NCBI GenBank assembly: GCA_964638415.1
Contig: CAZWYP010000002.1
Location: 33,997-97,996, forward strand
Length of the DNA: 64,000 bases
Direction of reading: 5' to 3'
Source: an uncultured Gammaproteobacteria bacterium
GTDB taxonomy: Bacteria > Patescibacteriota > Patescibacteriia > UBA1558 > GWA2-36-10
The stretch's first letter is position 1. Every line of letters begins with the position of its first letter. Under the pieces are notes generated by a model that saw only the letters and a list, made by a program, of their open reading frames with translations, ran no database searches and was not told the DNA's origin. Shown one piece after another: positions 1 to 9,813 of the stretch. Position numbers and translations under genes: made by a program.

Positions 1-1668
1 GGAGTGACGAAAATAAAAGAACAAGCCATTAATTTAGCTAAAGAGATTAATTGGTCTCCTGAGCATATTAAGGAAGGTCGTTTCGGCAAATGGCTGGAAG
101 GAGCGCGCGATTGGTCAATATCCAGGCAAAGATTCTGGGCTTCAGTTATGCCGATTTGGGTTTGTGATCATTGTCAGGAGAAGAGGGTTTTCGGTTCAGT
201 AAAAGATTTAGAGCAAGCTTCCGGTAAAACCGTCAATGATCTGCACAAGCATATTGTGGATCAGATAACTTTTCCTTGTGCTAAATGTTCAGGGACTATG
301 AAGCGCATTCCTGATGTTTTAGACACTTGGTTTGATTCCGGCTCCATGCCTTATGCTCAGTTCCATTATGATTTTGAAAACAAGGAAAAGTTTGAAAGTA
401 GCTTCCCTGCTAAATTCATTGCCGAAGGAGCAGATCAGACCCGCTGCTGGTTTTATTATCTCCATGTCATCGCTACCGCCATTAAAAACAGTCCCGCCTA
501 TAAGAATGTAATTGTGAATGGCATTGTCTTAGCCGAAGACGGCAAAAAAATGTCTAAGAAGCTGAAGAATTATCCGGAACCTACGGCGATAATTGAAAAG
601 TATGGTGCTGATGCTTTGCGTTTGTATCTATTGAATTCACCAGTGATGCTGGCGGAGAATTTGTCTTTTGTGGAAAAAGATTTACAAACTGTTTACCGTA
701 GGTTTACCACTCTTTTGCAGAATGTCTGCAATTTCTATGAAATGTTCAAGGGAGATTATTCAGCAGATGGAGATAATTTGTCGGAACTAAACAATATCTT
801 GGATCAATGGATTGTTAGTAAATATTATGTCTTACTGAGAGAAGTGACAGAGGCTATGGAGAGTTACAATCTAGTCAAAGCCACTAGGCCGCTATTGGAT
901 TTTGTTGATGATCTTTCCACTTGGTATCTCCGCCGCAGCCGTGATCGTTTTAAATCTGAAGATAATAAAGATGCAGAAGCTGCTGTTAAAACTCTAGCTT
1001 TTATCTTAAAACAATTTAGCAAAGTAATAGCACCATTTACTCCGATGACTGCGGAAATTATCTACCAGATGTTTAGTCCGGAAGAATCTGTTCATTTGCA
1101 GGTTTGGCCGGAGGTGAAAAAGGAATTGGTAAATCTGGAGGTGATAAAAATGATGGATGCTGTGAAGCAAATTGTGGAAGCGGCTCATGGCTTGCGCGCT
1201 CAAGGTAATTTAAAAGTTAGACAGCCTCTAGCTACCTTAGAAGTCAATTCAGCCGCTGGATTAGCTGGACAAGAAAACTATCTTAATATTTTAGCTGATG
1301 AACTTAATGTTGAGCAGGTTAAGGTAGTAGATAATTTAAGTGCGGGAGATAATTGGTTAACTGCACCGGTTAATAATTTTAATATTGCTTTAAATAAGGA
1401 GTTAACTGAAGATTTACAAGATAAAGGAATAGTCAGAGAATTGATCCGCTTAATAAATAACTTACGCAAAGAAGCTGGCTTAATTCCTACCGATCGCCCG
1501 ACTGAGCTTTATAGCACTAATTCTCAATATCTTTTGTCGGTAATTAATAAGTATCATGAAGAAATTGCCAAAGGCACTTCTGCCGGCAGTCTAGAGCAAG
1601 CAGAAAATATTACTGACGGTAAAATATTTCAAATTAACGAAGAGAATATAACTTTAGGATTAAAGTAA
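1..1668 (+). CDS. ileS: Isoleucyl-tRNA synthetase (type 2), 5' part lies outside the window
   Basis: DWSISRQRFW, VLDTWFDSGSMP, EGADQTRCWFY and KMSKKLKNY motifs, followed by an anticodon-binding domain. Confidence 0.96.
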   Translation, partial: GVTKIKEQAINLAKEINWSPEHIKEGRFGKWLEGARDWSISRQRFWASVMPIWVCDHCQEKRVFGSVKDLEQASGKTVNDLHKHIVDQITFPCAKCSGTMKRIPDVLDTWFDSGSMPYAQFHYDFENKEKFESSFPAKFIAEGADQTRCWFYYLHVIATAIKNSPAYKNVIVNGIVLAEDGKKMSKKLKNYPEPTAIIEKYGADALRLYLLNSPVMLAENLSFVEKDLQTVYRRFTTLLQNVCNFYEMFKGDYSADGDNLSELNNILDQWIVSKYYVLLREVTEAMESYNLVKATRPLLDFVDDLSTWYLRRSRDRFKSEDNKDAEAAVKTLAFILKQFSKVIAPFTPMTAEIIYQMFSPEESVHLQVWPEVKKELVNLEVIKMMDAVKQIVEAAHGLRAQGNLKVRQPLATLEVNSAAGLAGQENYLNILADELNVEQVKVVDNLSAGDNWLTAPVNNFNIALNKELTEDLQDKGIVRELIRLINNLRKEAGLIPTDRPTELYSTNSQYLLSVINKYHEEIAKGTSAGSLEQAENITDGKIFQINEENITLGLK

Positions 1669-1672
1669 GAGA

Positions 1673-2401
1673 ATGACTTTCAAAACCGATGCTTTTGTTT
1701 TGAAAATCAAGTCGTGGCGAGAAGCCGACCGGCTGTATTATTTATTCACTCCCCATGAAGGTATAATACAGGTAGTAGCCAGGTCAGCTGCTTCTTCTAC
1801 TAGTAAGATGGCTGGCCACTTGCCCAATTTTGGTAAAGCCAGAATAATGATTGGCCGCGGCAAACAAGACCACTTAGCCGGTGCTAGCTTAATCAAAGAC
1901 TATGCCAGTCTGCGCACTGATTTACGCAGTATGTCCTTGGCCTCTTCTGTTGCTGAAATTTTCCTGTCAGAATTATCTACCGGCACCAAATGGCAGGAAT
2001 ATGATTTACTGGAAGAGATTTTTACCTTATTGGATGATCAGCAGATAAGTTATGAAAAGAAATTATGGCTAGTCAGGGCTTTTTTATGGAAATTCTTGTC
2101 CATTGCCGGTTGGCAACCCCAATTAGATTACTGTGTTATCTGCTCCAAAGAAATCAAGCAAGGCAATTATCTGCCGGGGAGAGGAATTATCTGTGCTGAA
2201 CATCAAATTGCAACGACTTTGTCGATGAGTGAAAATCTGCTACAATTTTTAAGAGAGATCTTAATTCGCCCTCTGGCTGATATCTTGCAATTAGATATCG
2301 CTAAAGATTTAAATAAAGAATGGTTGCAGGCTTCTCAAGCGTATTACCAGGAAGTCTATGACCGTCCTTCCCAAGCTTTAAAACTATTTGTCTATGGCTA
2401 A
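1673..2401 (+). CDS. recO: DNA repair protein RecO
   Basis: N-terminal OB-fold pattern (FVLK..WREADRLYYLFT..G) and C-terminal GWQPQLDYCVIC Zn-finger region. Confidence 0.88.
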   Translation: MTFKTDAFVLKIKSWREADRLYYLFTPHEGIIQVVARSAASSTSKMAGHLPNFGKARIMIGRGKQDHLAGASLIKDYASLRTDLRSMSLASSVAEIFLSELSTGTKWQEYDLLEEIFTLLDDQQISYEKKLWLVRAFLWKFLSIAGWQPQLDYCVICSKEIKQGNYLPGRGIICAEHQIATTLSMSENLLQFLREILIRPLADILQLDIAKDLNKEWLQASQAYYQEVYDRPSQALKLFVYG

Positions 2402-4190
2402 AATAAAAAAAACCAACATTGACTCTGTGCGTCAGCCGGTAGTCAGAAAAAGCGGTTATGATGCGCCAGTTATTAGGTCAAGTTCCAGTGAGCGGGAAAT
2501 ACCCAAAGAGTATCGGACTTTTAAGCGGGCGCCCAAAAAGCATGGCGGTTTTGTCTTTTTATTATTCTTGCTGTTTATTGCTACTTTAGCCGGTTGGTAT
2601 TATTGGAATAATCAAGGTGGAAATTCAGCTAATCGGAGCTTAGAGTTGACTGTTGCTGGTCCCGGCAAGATTATTTCCGGCGATGAAGTAATTTACAATG
2701 TTAGTTATAAAAATACAGACAATGTTCCTTTAAAAGCGATGAAGTTGAGTGTTTTCTGGCCGGAAGGATTTTATTTTGACTCTGCTAGTCAAGCACCAAC
2801 TAATGATAATGCCAAAGATTGGCTATTACCAGATTTAGGTCCAGGCCAAACGGCTAATTTAGAAATTAAAGGGCAATTAGTCGGCAAAAAAGACGATGAG
2901 TTAAGAACCATCTTTAACTTAGATTACCAGCCGGAGAATTTCAGTTCAGATTTTCAGGAGAAAATTACCGTAACCACTAAAGTTATTGACCATAAATTGG
3001 AATTGAATATTCTGGCTGTCGCTAAAACCATGGTTAATGTTGAAGAAACCATTGAAGTGAAATACAAGAATTTAACGGATCAGCCGCTCAATGATTTATA
3101 TATTGACGTTATCTATCCTGATGATTTGACTATTGTCAGCGTTGAACCGGAAAAAGAAGGAGATTTCTGGCAGGTGAATTTGGAACCAGGCGAGGAAAAA
3201 ACTATTAAGGTGGTTGGTAATTTCGGTTTAGACAGTAATACCAGCCAAGCCTTAGTAGCGGAAATCGGGAATATGGTGAATAATGATTTTCGCCGTTTAT
3301 CTCGAGCTAAGCATGACTTTATTATCGTTAATCCTAAATTTTCTTTAGATTTGAAAGTTAATGGCTTAAATGGTGATCAGGCTATTAATTGGGGAGATAC
3401 TTTACGTTACCAATTAGAAGTGACTAATGATAGCTCAGCTGAAGTTACCGATGTTCAAGTGTCCGCTCTTCTATCTGGCGAATTATTAAATTGGGATAGT
3501 TTAGATACTGTTGGTTCTGGAGATGAAGGGCGCATTGTCTGGACCAGTGAGCAGGACCAGGAATTAGCTAATTGGCCAGCTGGTGCTAAGAAAGTGTTTA
3601 CTTGGGAGATTAAAGCGATTAATGAACCGCAGCCAGAAAGGTTAATTGAAAATATTATTCAGATTAATATTGCCGGCCTTAATGATTGGCAGCAAATTGA
3701 CACACCGTCAAAATTAACTGTGGGAGAAAGCATTACCTTTAACAGCGGAGTGTATTGGGAATTAGGCGGAAGAAGAGTAGGCAGCGGTTTATTACCACCC
3801 CGGGTCGGTGAAGAAACTAAGTACTTAGTAATTTGGTCTTTGCCTAGCGCTACCGGCGATTTTGACGAAGTTAAAGTAGAAACTATTTTGCCGCCTAATG
3901 TGACTTTTGCCAATGAAGCTGATGTCGGAGAAGGAGAGTTGGATTTTGATGAAACTGATCGCTCAATAGTCTGGCAGCTTAATAATTTTAGCGATTTGCT
4001 TTTGCCGGTCACTTCTTCTTTTATGATCAGCGTAACTCCAACTGAAGATGATCGCGGCCAGGCCATGACTTTACTTAATGCGGTGACGGCCAGCGCGGAA
4101 GGTTTAGAGTCAGTAGTAGTACGTTCCAAGATTATTAAGACTTCAGATGTGGTGGCGGAAACTTCCGAACCAATCGGCATAGTCCAATAA
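2388..4190 (+). CDS. Membrane-anchored extracellular protein with repeated Ig-like (DUF11-like) modules
   Basis: One N-terminal TM helix, then repeats such as SGDEVIYNVSYKN and WGDTLRYQLEVTN. Confidence 0.6.
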   Translation: MSMAKIKKTNIDSVRQPVVRKSGYDAPVIRSSSSEREIPKEYRTFKRAPKKHGGFVFLLFLLFIATLAGWYYWNNQGGNSANRSLELTVAGPGKIISGDEVIYNVSYKNTDNVPLKAMKLSVFWPEGFYFDSASQAPTNDNAKDWLLPDLGPGQTANLEIKGQLVGKKDDELRTIFNLDYQPENFSSDFQEKITVTTKVIDHKLELNILAVAKTMVNVEETIEVKYKNLTDQPLNDLYIDVIYPDDLTIVSVEPEKEGDFWQVNLEPGEEKTIKVVGNFGLDSNTSQALVAEIGNMVNNDFRRLSRAKHDFIIVNPKFSLDLKVNGLNGDQAINWGDTLRYQLEVTNDSSAEVTDVQVSALLSGELLNWDSLDTVGSGDEGRIVWTSEQDQELANWPAGAKKVFTWEIKAINEPQPERLIENIIQINIAGLNDWQQIDTPSKLTVGESITFNSGVYWELGGRRVGSGLLPPRVGEETKYLVIWSLPSATGDFDEVKVETILPPNVTFANEADVGEGELDFDETDRSIVWQLNNFSDLLLPVTSSFMISVTPTEDDRGQAMTLLNAVTASAEGLESVVVRSKIIKTSDVVAETSEPIGIVQ

Positions 4191-4191
4191 T

Positions 4192-5307
4192 ATGTTTAAA
4201 CTATTGAAACAATCTACCAAATCTCAAGCACGTTTGGGAGTGTTGGCGACTGCTCACGGGAAGATCCACACTCCTTTTTTCATGCCCATTGCCACCAAGG
4301 CGGCGGTTAAGACTTTAACAGCTTCTGATGTCGAAAGTCTTGGTGCTGAAGTAATTCTATCCAACACTTACCATAATTATTTACAGCCGGGACTAGAGAT
4401 TATTAAGAAGTTTGGTAGCTTGCACCAATTTATGCAAACCAAGCTTCCGATTTTAACCGATTCCGGAGGCTACCAGGTTTTTAGTCTGGCTAAGCTGAGG
4501 AAAATCAAGGGAGATAATATTGAATTCCAATCTCATATAGACGGCTCCAAGCATATTCTTAATCCCAAAAAAGTAATAGATATCCAAGTAGCTTTAGGTT
4601 CAGATATTATGATGATCTTGGATGAATGCGTCGGTTTACCAGCTAAAGATAGTGAATTAGTAACTGCTTTAGAACGGACTACGCGCTGGGCTAAGCAAGC
4701 CTTGCTTTACAAAAAGAAGCTTAATAAAAAGAATAAAATAAAACAGCAGCTACTTTTTGCTATTGTTCAGGGAGGAGATAATAAGCAATTGCGTTGGCGT
4801 TCGGTTGAGGAATTGTTAGCTTTGGAGCAGGAAGTAAAATTAGCCTGGGATGGTTTAGCTATTGGCGGTTTGGCAGTAGGTGAGCCAACTAAAACCATGT
4901 ATGAAGTTTTAGACTATACTTTGCCTAAATTACCAGTTAACCGTCCTCGTTATTTGATGGGCGTTGGTTATCCAGAGAACATCTTAGAAGCAGTTAAGCG
5001 GGGAGTGGACATGTTTGACTGCGTAATTCCTACCAGAGAAGCCAGACATGGTAGATTGTTTATCCGCACCAAAAAAGAACTGAAGGGTAAGTTCTATGAG
5101 ACTATTAACATTACTAATGCCAAGTTTAAAACTGATAAACAGCCAATTAACCAAAGTAATTTAAAAAATTATTCCCGAGCATATTTATACCATTTGTTTA
5201 AGACGCAGGAAACTTTAGGCTTGCGTCTGGCCACTTTAAATAATCTGGAGTTTTATCTGGATTTAATGAAAGATATTAGAAAACAGATTGCCAGTAAGAA
5301 AATATAA
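4192..5307 (+). CDS. tgt: tRNA-guanine transglycosylase
   Basis: TDSGGYQVFSL, LDEC, IVQGG, GGLAVGE, RYLMGVG, DMFDCVIPTR. Confidence 0.96.
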   Translation: MFKLLKQSTKSQARLGVLATAHGKIHTPFFMPIATKAAVKTLTASDVESLGAEVILSNTYHNYLQPGLEIIKKFGSLHQFMQTKLPILTDSGGYQVFSLAKLRKIKGDNIEFQSHIDGSKHILNPKKVIDIQVALGSDIMMILDECVGLPAKDSELVTALERTTRWAKQALLYKKKLNKKNKIKQQLLFAIVQGGDNKQLRWRSVEELLALEQEVKLAWDGLAIGGLAVGEPTKTMYEVLDYTLPKLPVNRPRYLMGVGYPENILEAVKRGVDMFDCVIPTREARHGRLFIRTKKELKGKFYETINITNAKFKTDKQPINQSNLKNYSRAYLYHLFKTQETLGLRLATLNNLEFYLDLMKDIRKQIASKKI

Positions 5308-5334
5308 AAATTACCGCTTGCCAGCGGTAATTTT
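5307..5334. terminator. Bidirectional intrinsic terminator between convergent genes
   Basis: Perfect 12-bp stem AAAATTACCGCT-tgcc-AGCGGTAATTTT. Confidence 0.85.
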
Positions 5335-5542
5335 ATTTATCTGGTTCTTTATCTGTTAAGCCTTTAAAGATTAGGAAAATGCTTAAGATCAGGGCTAGAG
5401 TGAGCAAGGCATACCACTTAGCTTTATCTAGGGGATGAATTTCCGTTTTAGTTATAAAATAAACAAAAATGGTGATAAATAAGAAAAGAGTGCCAACGGT
5501 TAAATGGGATTTGACTGACCAGTCTTTTTTATTTTTATCCAT
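5333..5542 (-). CDS. Small two-TM membrane protein
   Basis: 69-aa ORF with two hydrophobic helices, ending at the terminator. Confidence 0.65.
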   Translation of the reverse strand: MDKNKKDWSVKSHLTVGTLFLFITIFVYFITKTEIHPLDKAKWYALLTLALILSIFLIFKGLTDKEPDK

Positions 5543-5648
5543 ACTATTCTTAATTATCTTTAATTATTTTAATATAAAATCTTAAATTAGGCAATAAATT
5601 CTCTTGGTGAATAAAGATAAAAATGGTATAATTTAGACAGTAAAAGAA

Positions 5649-6017
5649 ATGATAGTCCAATCAGTCAAAGTTTTGATTTGGGAGCTTTTTAAGGAAGTGA
5701 TCTATTTCCCGATTTGGTGGTACACCCAAGGCCTTAAACGCCACCTACTTTTTATTTGGCGCAGCATTGTTAATCTCAACCGTAATTTGTCTTTGGGCTT
5801 GATGCTTAAGAATATCGGTAAGCCGATGTTCGGCCAATATGATCGGGAAGGCAGAATTATTAGTTTCTTCATGCGTCTAATCCTGTTAATTAGCCGGACT
5901 TTTGTTTTTGTTTTATTTTCTTTGTTTTATTTTATTCTGCTGGCCGCTTGGCCGGTCTTACCTTTAATAGTAGCCTGGCTGATTGTTAACAACCTGGACA
6001 GTCTATGGATCCGATAA
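5649..6017 (+). CDS. Small membrane protein coupled to the Clp ATPase gene
   Basis: YFPIWWY motif and hydrophobic C-terminus; overlaps the next ORF by 13 nt. Confidence 0.7.
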   Translation: MIVQSVKVLIWELFKEVIYFPIWWYTQGLKRHLLFIWRSIVNLNRNLSLGLMLKNIGKPMFGQYDREGRIISFFMRLILLISRTFVFVLFSLFYFILLAAWPVLPLIVAWLIVNNLDSLWIR

Positions 6018-8713
6018 AATTCACAACTTGCGATCAATGCCGGGGAACTGGCTATATCCAGCGGCGAAAATGCAGCTCCTGTTTTGGTTTAGCCCGTTTT
6101 CATTTTGACAATAATAATTTTATTTACTGGGAGAAGCCAATTAGCCGAACTAGTATTTTTGTCAGAGAAGCCAGATTAGTGCGCGACTTAGTGCTTAATG
6201 GCGTTTTAATCATCGGGGCGATTTTAAGCGTTGGCTTGGTTTACAAGATTTTAAACGCTGTGCAGTTTGATCCTAGGAATCTTTGGGATTGGCTGTTATC
6301 TTCCCATCAGGAGAATTTATGGCTGGCAGTTTTAGTTATTGCTGACATGTTCCTGTATTATCGTCTAGTGCTGCCCGGAATTAAGAAGAATATTAATTTG
6401 CAGCGCTTAAAAGACTCTAATGTTTTTACCAAGTATAATATTGCGGAAAGTTTAAGCCAGGAAGCAGAGAGTATCCTAGATAAAGCCTGGCTATTTGCCA
6501 GCTATAAGCGAGTTTGGCCCGTTACTGTCTGGCATCTATTGTTTATCCTCTTGAACGATAAAGACATCCGTTTAGTATTAGCGCGCTTAGGCGTTGGCTC
6601 GCAGAATTTGCAGCAGATTATAGATAAGAATTTACAGACCTTGGTAGCCAAGAATTTAACCAAGCCCATGACGGAAAAGACGGAATTAACTGATGAATTG
6701 AAAGATGTTTTACTGACCGCATATTACCATGCGGTTAAGCGCAAGGTCCGGCGGATTGAAGAAATAGACTTATTAGCCGGCTTGGTTCGCATCAGCCATG
6801 ATGTTAAGGATTTCTTCTATGAATTTGAAATTGACGACGACAAAATAGATAATGTTATTGCCTGGATTAAAATTAATTTAATTTTGCGTAATCGAGCCAG
6901 GTTTTACCGAACTAGGTCAATGTTCAAACCAAAGGGTGATGTTAATCGTTCATATACCGCCATTGCCACCCCTAATTTAGACGCCTATTCTCAGGATTTA
7001 ACCAGAGCAGCTAGGGCTGGCCAATTACCTTTGTCGGTAGCCAGGGAAAAAGAAATAGAAGAAATAATTAGAATTATAGAAAGTGATTTTGCTTCCGTAG
7101 TTTTAATTGGCCCGGGCGGAGTTGGTAAAGAGAATATTATTGACGGTTTGGCCAACCAAATGATGGCCGAAGACGTGCCCGAGCTTTTGCAGGATAAGCG
7201 TTTAGTCAGTTTGTCTATTCCTTTATTAATTTCCGGAGCTGGCGGCGAAGGCAGGCTGGAAGAAAGATTCTTGCGGATTTTAAATGAGATTGCTATTTCC
7301 GGCAACATTATTCTGTTTATTGAAAACATTCATCATTTAGTCGGAGTCGGTTCGGAAGGCTCGGAAGCCATTGATCTTTCCCATGTTTTAGCATCAGAAG
7401 TAAGGCAGAAGAACTTAATTGTCATTGGCAGCACCACTCCCCAAGAGTATATTGCTTCTTTGGAAGGCAAAGAATTGGGAGAAGTTTTAAGCAAGGTCAA
7501 AGTAGAGGAGCCAGATAAAAACCAATCCATTAAGATCATGGAGGCGCATGTCGGCTGGCTGGAGAATAAGCATCAGATTTATTTTACATACAATGCTTTG
7601 GAAAAGATTTATGATTTAACCGACCGTTATCTGCCTGACCAGTTTTTGCCCAGCAAAGCTTTAAGCATTATGGAAGAAGTGGCTTTAGTGGTGGGTAAGA
7701 CTAAGCGCCAGGATAGATTGGTAAGAGCAGAAGACGTCGCTCAATTGATTTCCCAAAAAACAGATATTCCGCTTACTCAGGTTTCGGAAAAAGAATCTTC
7801 CAAGCTGATGAATTTAGAAGAGGAGATCCACCAGCGGATTGTCGGACAGGATGAAGCAGTAAAGAAGGTAGCTAATGCTTTGCGCCGCGCTCGGGCAGAG
7901 TTAAGAGACCAAAAGCGCCCCATTGCCAATTTCTTATTCTTAGGGCCCACTGGTGTCGGTAAAACAGAATTAGCCAAGACTGTGGCGGAAAAATATTTCG
8001 GCAATGAAGAGAATATGATCCGTTTGGATATGTCGGAATACCAGACACAGGCTAACTTAGATAGGCTGATCGGCTCTACTCAAGCCGGCAAGCCCGGATT
8101 GCTTACCGAAGCAGTCAGGCACCAGCCCTTTGCTTTATTGTTATTGGATGAAATAGAAAAAGCGCATCCGGATATTCTCAATATCTTTTTGCAGGTAATG
8201 GACGATGGCAGGTTAACTGATGCTTTAGGTAGAACCGTAGATTTTACCAATTTAATTATTGTCGCCACCTCCAATGCCGGCACGCAGTTTATCCAGGACC
8301 AGATTAGGAATAATATCCATATTGAAGACATCACCAGTCAATTGGTTAATAATGAATTGAAAAATAATTTCCGTCCGGAATTTCTCAATCGTTTTGACAG
8401 CATTGTGGTTTTCCGTCCTTTGACTCCGGAAGAGATTTTCCAGATTGCCGGCTTATTGTTAAATAAAGTAAAGAAAAGATTGGAAGCTAAGGGTATTTTC
8501 TTGGAAGTGACCAAAGAAGCACAGGCGGAATTGGCGCAAACTGGTTTTGACCCGGTCTTTGGTGCCCGGCCTTTGCGGCGGGTAATTCAGGATAGGGTAG
8601 ATGATGCTTTAGCTAGATTTTTGCTGCAGGGCAGCTTGAACCGGCGGGACATAGTTATCTATGATGTGGGCGGTCAGATTAAAGTGAAAAAAGCTGAGAA
8701 GTATCAAGGGTAG
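6005..8713 (+). CDS. ClpA/B/C-family AAA+ ATPase with N-terminal Zn finger and TM helices
   Basis: Clp N-domain repeats; NBD2 motifs GPTGVGKTELAK, RLDMSEY, LLDEIEKAHPD, GRLTD, FRPEFLNR, GARPLRR. Confidence 0.9.
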   Translation: MDPIKFTTCDQCRGTGYIQRRKCSSCFGLARFHFDNNNFIYWEKPISRTSIFVREARLVRDLVLNGVLIIGAILSVGLVYKILNAVQFDPRNLWDWLLSSHQENLWLAVLVIADMFLYYRLVLPGIKKNINLQRLKDSNVFTKYNIAESLSQEAESILDKAWLFASYKRVWPVTVWHLLFILLNDKDIRLVLARLGVGSQNLQQIIDKNLQTLVAKNLTKPMTEKTELTDELKDVLLTAYYHAVKRKVRRIEEIDLLAGLVRISHDVKDFFYEFEIDDDKIDNVIAWIKINLILRNRARFYRTRSMFKPKGDVNRSYTAIATPNLDAYSQDLTRAARAGQLPLSVAREKEIEEIIRIIESDFASVVLIGPGGVGKENIIDGLANQMMAEDVPELLQDKRLVSLSIPLLISGAGGEGRLEERFLRILNEIAISGNIILFIENIHHLVGVGSEGSEAIDLSHVLASEVRQKNLIVIGSTTPQEYIASLEGKELGEVLSKVKVEEPDKNQSIKIMEAHVGWLENKHQIYFTYNALEKIYDLTDRYLPDQFLPSKALSIMEEVALVVGKTKRQDRLVRAEDVAQLISQKTDIPLTQVSEKESSKLMNLEEEIHQRIVGQDEAVKKVANALRRARAELRDQKRPIANFLFLGPTGVGKTELAKTVAEKYFGNEENMIRLDMSEYQTQANLDRLIGSTQAGKPGLLTEAVRHQPFALLLLDEIEKAHPDILNIFLQVMDDGRLTDALGRTVDFTNLIIVATSNAGTQFIQDQIRNNIHIEDITSQLVNNELKNNFRPEFLNRFDSIVVFRPLTPEEIFQIAGLLLNKVKKRLEAKGIFLEVTKEAQAELAQTGFDPVFGARPLRRVIQDRVDDALARFLLQGSLNRRDIVIYDVGGQIKVKKAEKYQG

Positions 8714-8736
8714 ATTTAAAATTAAAAATTTAGATT

Positions 8737-9159
8737 ATGAAAAATAAATTTGTTAAATTATATATTTATTTATCTATAGTATTTTTTATTATATTATTAG
8801 GCTATGATACATTATATTTTTTTCTGTATGCTTACGTTGGAGAAGTTTTATTAGATAATATAAGCTTTTTAAATTTTTATGATAATTATCAACTATTAAA
8901 AGATTTAGCGGAAACGATATTTTTTGTTTTATCTATAATAATTGTAGTTTATATTTTAATTAAAAAGATATCAAAATACTTACTATTCATCCCAGTAATT
9001 TATTTTTTTACAGTGATTATTAATTTATTAGTTAATTTTATTATTCCTTATACAAGCTCAAGAGCTTTTATGGTTAATTTAATTTTTAATGTGGTTGATA
9101 TCATTTTATTTATATTAGCGATATTTATTTGTTTTAGGTCATTAAAAATGATAAAATAA
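8737..9159 (+). CDS. Very AT-rich hypothetical membrane protein (about 4 TM)
   Basis: 140-aa hydrophobic ORF with visibly lower GC than its neighbours. Confidence 0.6.
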   Translation: MKNKFVKLYIYLSIVFFIILLGYDTLYFFLYAYVGEVLLDNISFLNFYDNYQLLKDLAETIFFVLSIIIVVYILIKKISKYLLFIPVIYFFTVIINLLVNFIIPYTSSRAFMVNLIFNVVDIILFILAIFICFRSLKMIK

Positions 9160-9231
9160 TTTATATCTATAATAGGCTTAAATTTGTATTGATATTTATA
9201 CCCCCCAGTTATTACTAGAGGGGTTTTATTA

Positions 9232-9260
9232 TTGACAAAAGAATAGTTATAGATTAGATT
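9232..9260 (+). promoter_or_regulatory. Sigma70-type promoter
   Basis: TTGACA-17 nt-TAGATT. Confidence 0.65.
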
Positions 9261-9295
9261 ATAACGATAATTTTGTTCATCTAAAATGGGAGAAG

Positions 9296-9775
9296 ATGAT
9301 GAAGAAGCTTTCTTTGCAGTCTTTGGCGCTGGTATTCCTGATGATTTGGTTGGGCGTCAGCGCTGGCAGATTGGTTATCCAAGTGATTTGGTTACATTTT
9401 CAGCAGGAAAGCCTGCGAGAATACATTGCCGAATTGCAGCAAAAGGGAACTGAGACTGAAGCCAGCGACTTGTCAGTTTATTTTGATGAGGCAGGTCAGG
9501 CTGAAATTTGGTTCTTTGTCGCTGAAGAGAACAGCGATGTACGCCTTGATTTTTTTGACACCAACTCTGATTTGGTGGAAAGTTCGGAGGAAATGGTTTG
9601 CCAAACCGGCGTTTATATCCTTAAGTTCCCTGTTCTCCGTCACCAGCTATCTGGCGTTTATTTCTGCCGACTGATCCGCAATGAAGAGATTGTCAGGATC
9701 ATCAAATTCGTCTACTTAGCTGGCCAAGCTAATAACTCCGCTCGTCCTGAATGGGCGGAGTTTTTCTTTTTCTAA
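9296..9775 (+). CDS. Exported or membrane-anchored protein with a FlgD-Ig / T9SS type-A sorting-domain-like C-terminus
   Basis: N-terminal hydrophobic helix; VRLDFFDTNSDLV...GVY...LSGVYFCRL...KFVYL; GGGAG SD upstream. Confidence 0.55.
   Translation: MMKKLSLQSLALVFLMIWLGVSAGRLVIQVIWLHFQQESLREYIAELQQKGTETEASDLSVYFDEAGQAEIWFFVAEENSDVRLDFFDTNSDLVESSEEMVCQTGVYILKFPVLRHQLSGVYFCRLIRNEEIVRIIKFVYLAGQANNSARPEWAEFFFF
9734..9772 (+). terminator. Intrinsic terminator overlapping the ORF 3' end
   Basis: AACTCCGCTCGT-cctga-ATGGGCGGAGTT followed by a T-rich tract. Confidence 0.75.
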
Positions 9776-9813
9776 AAATTAAGATATAATGCAGAAACTT
9801 ATTTAAAATAACT

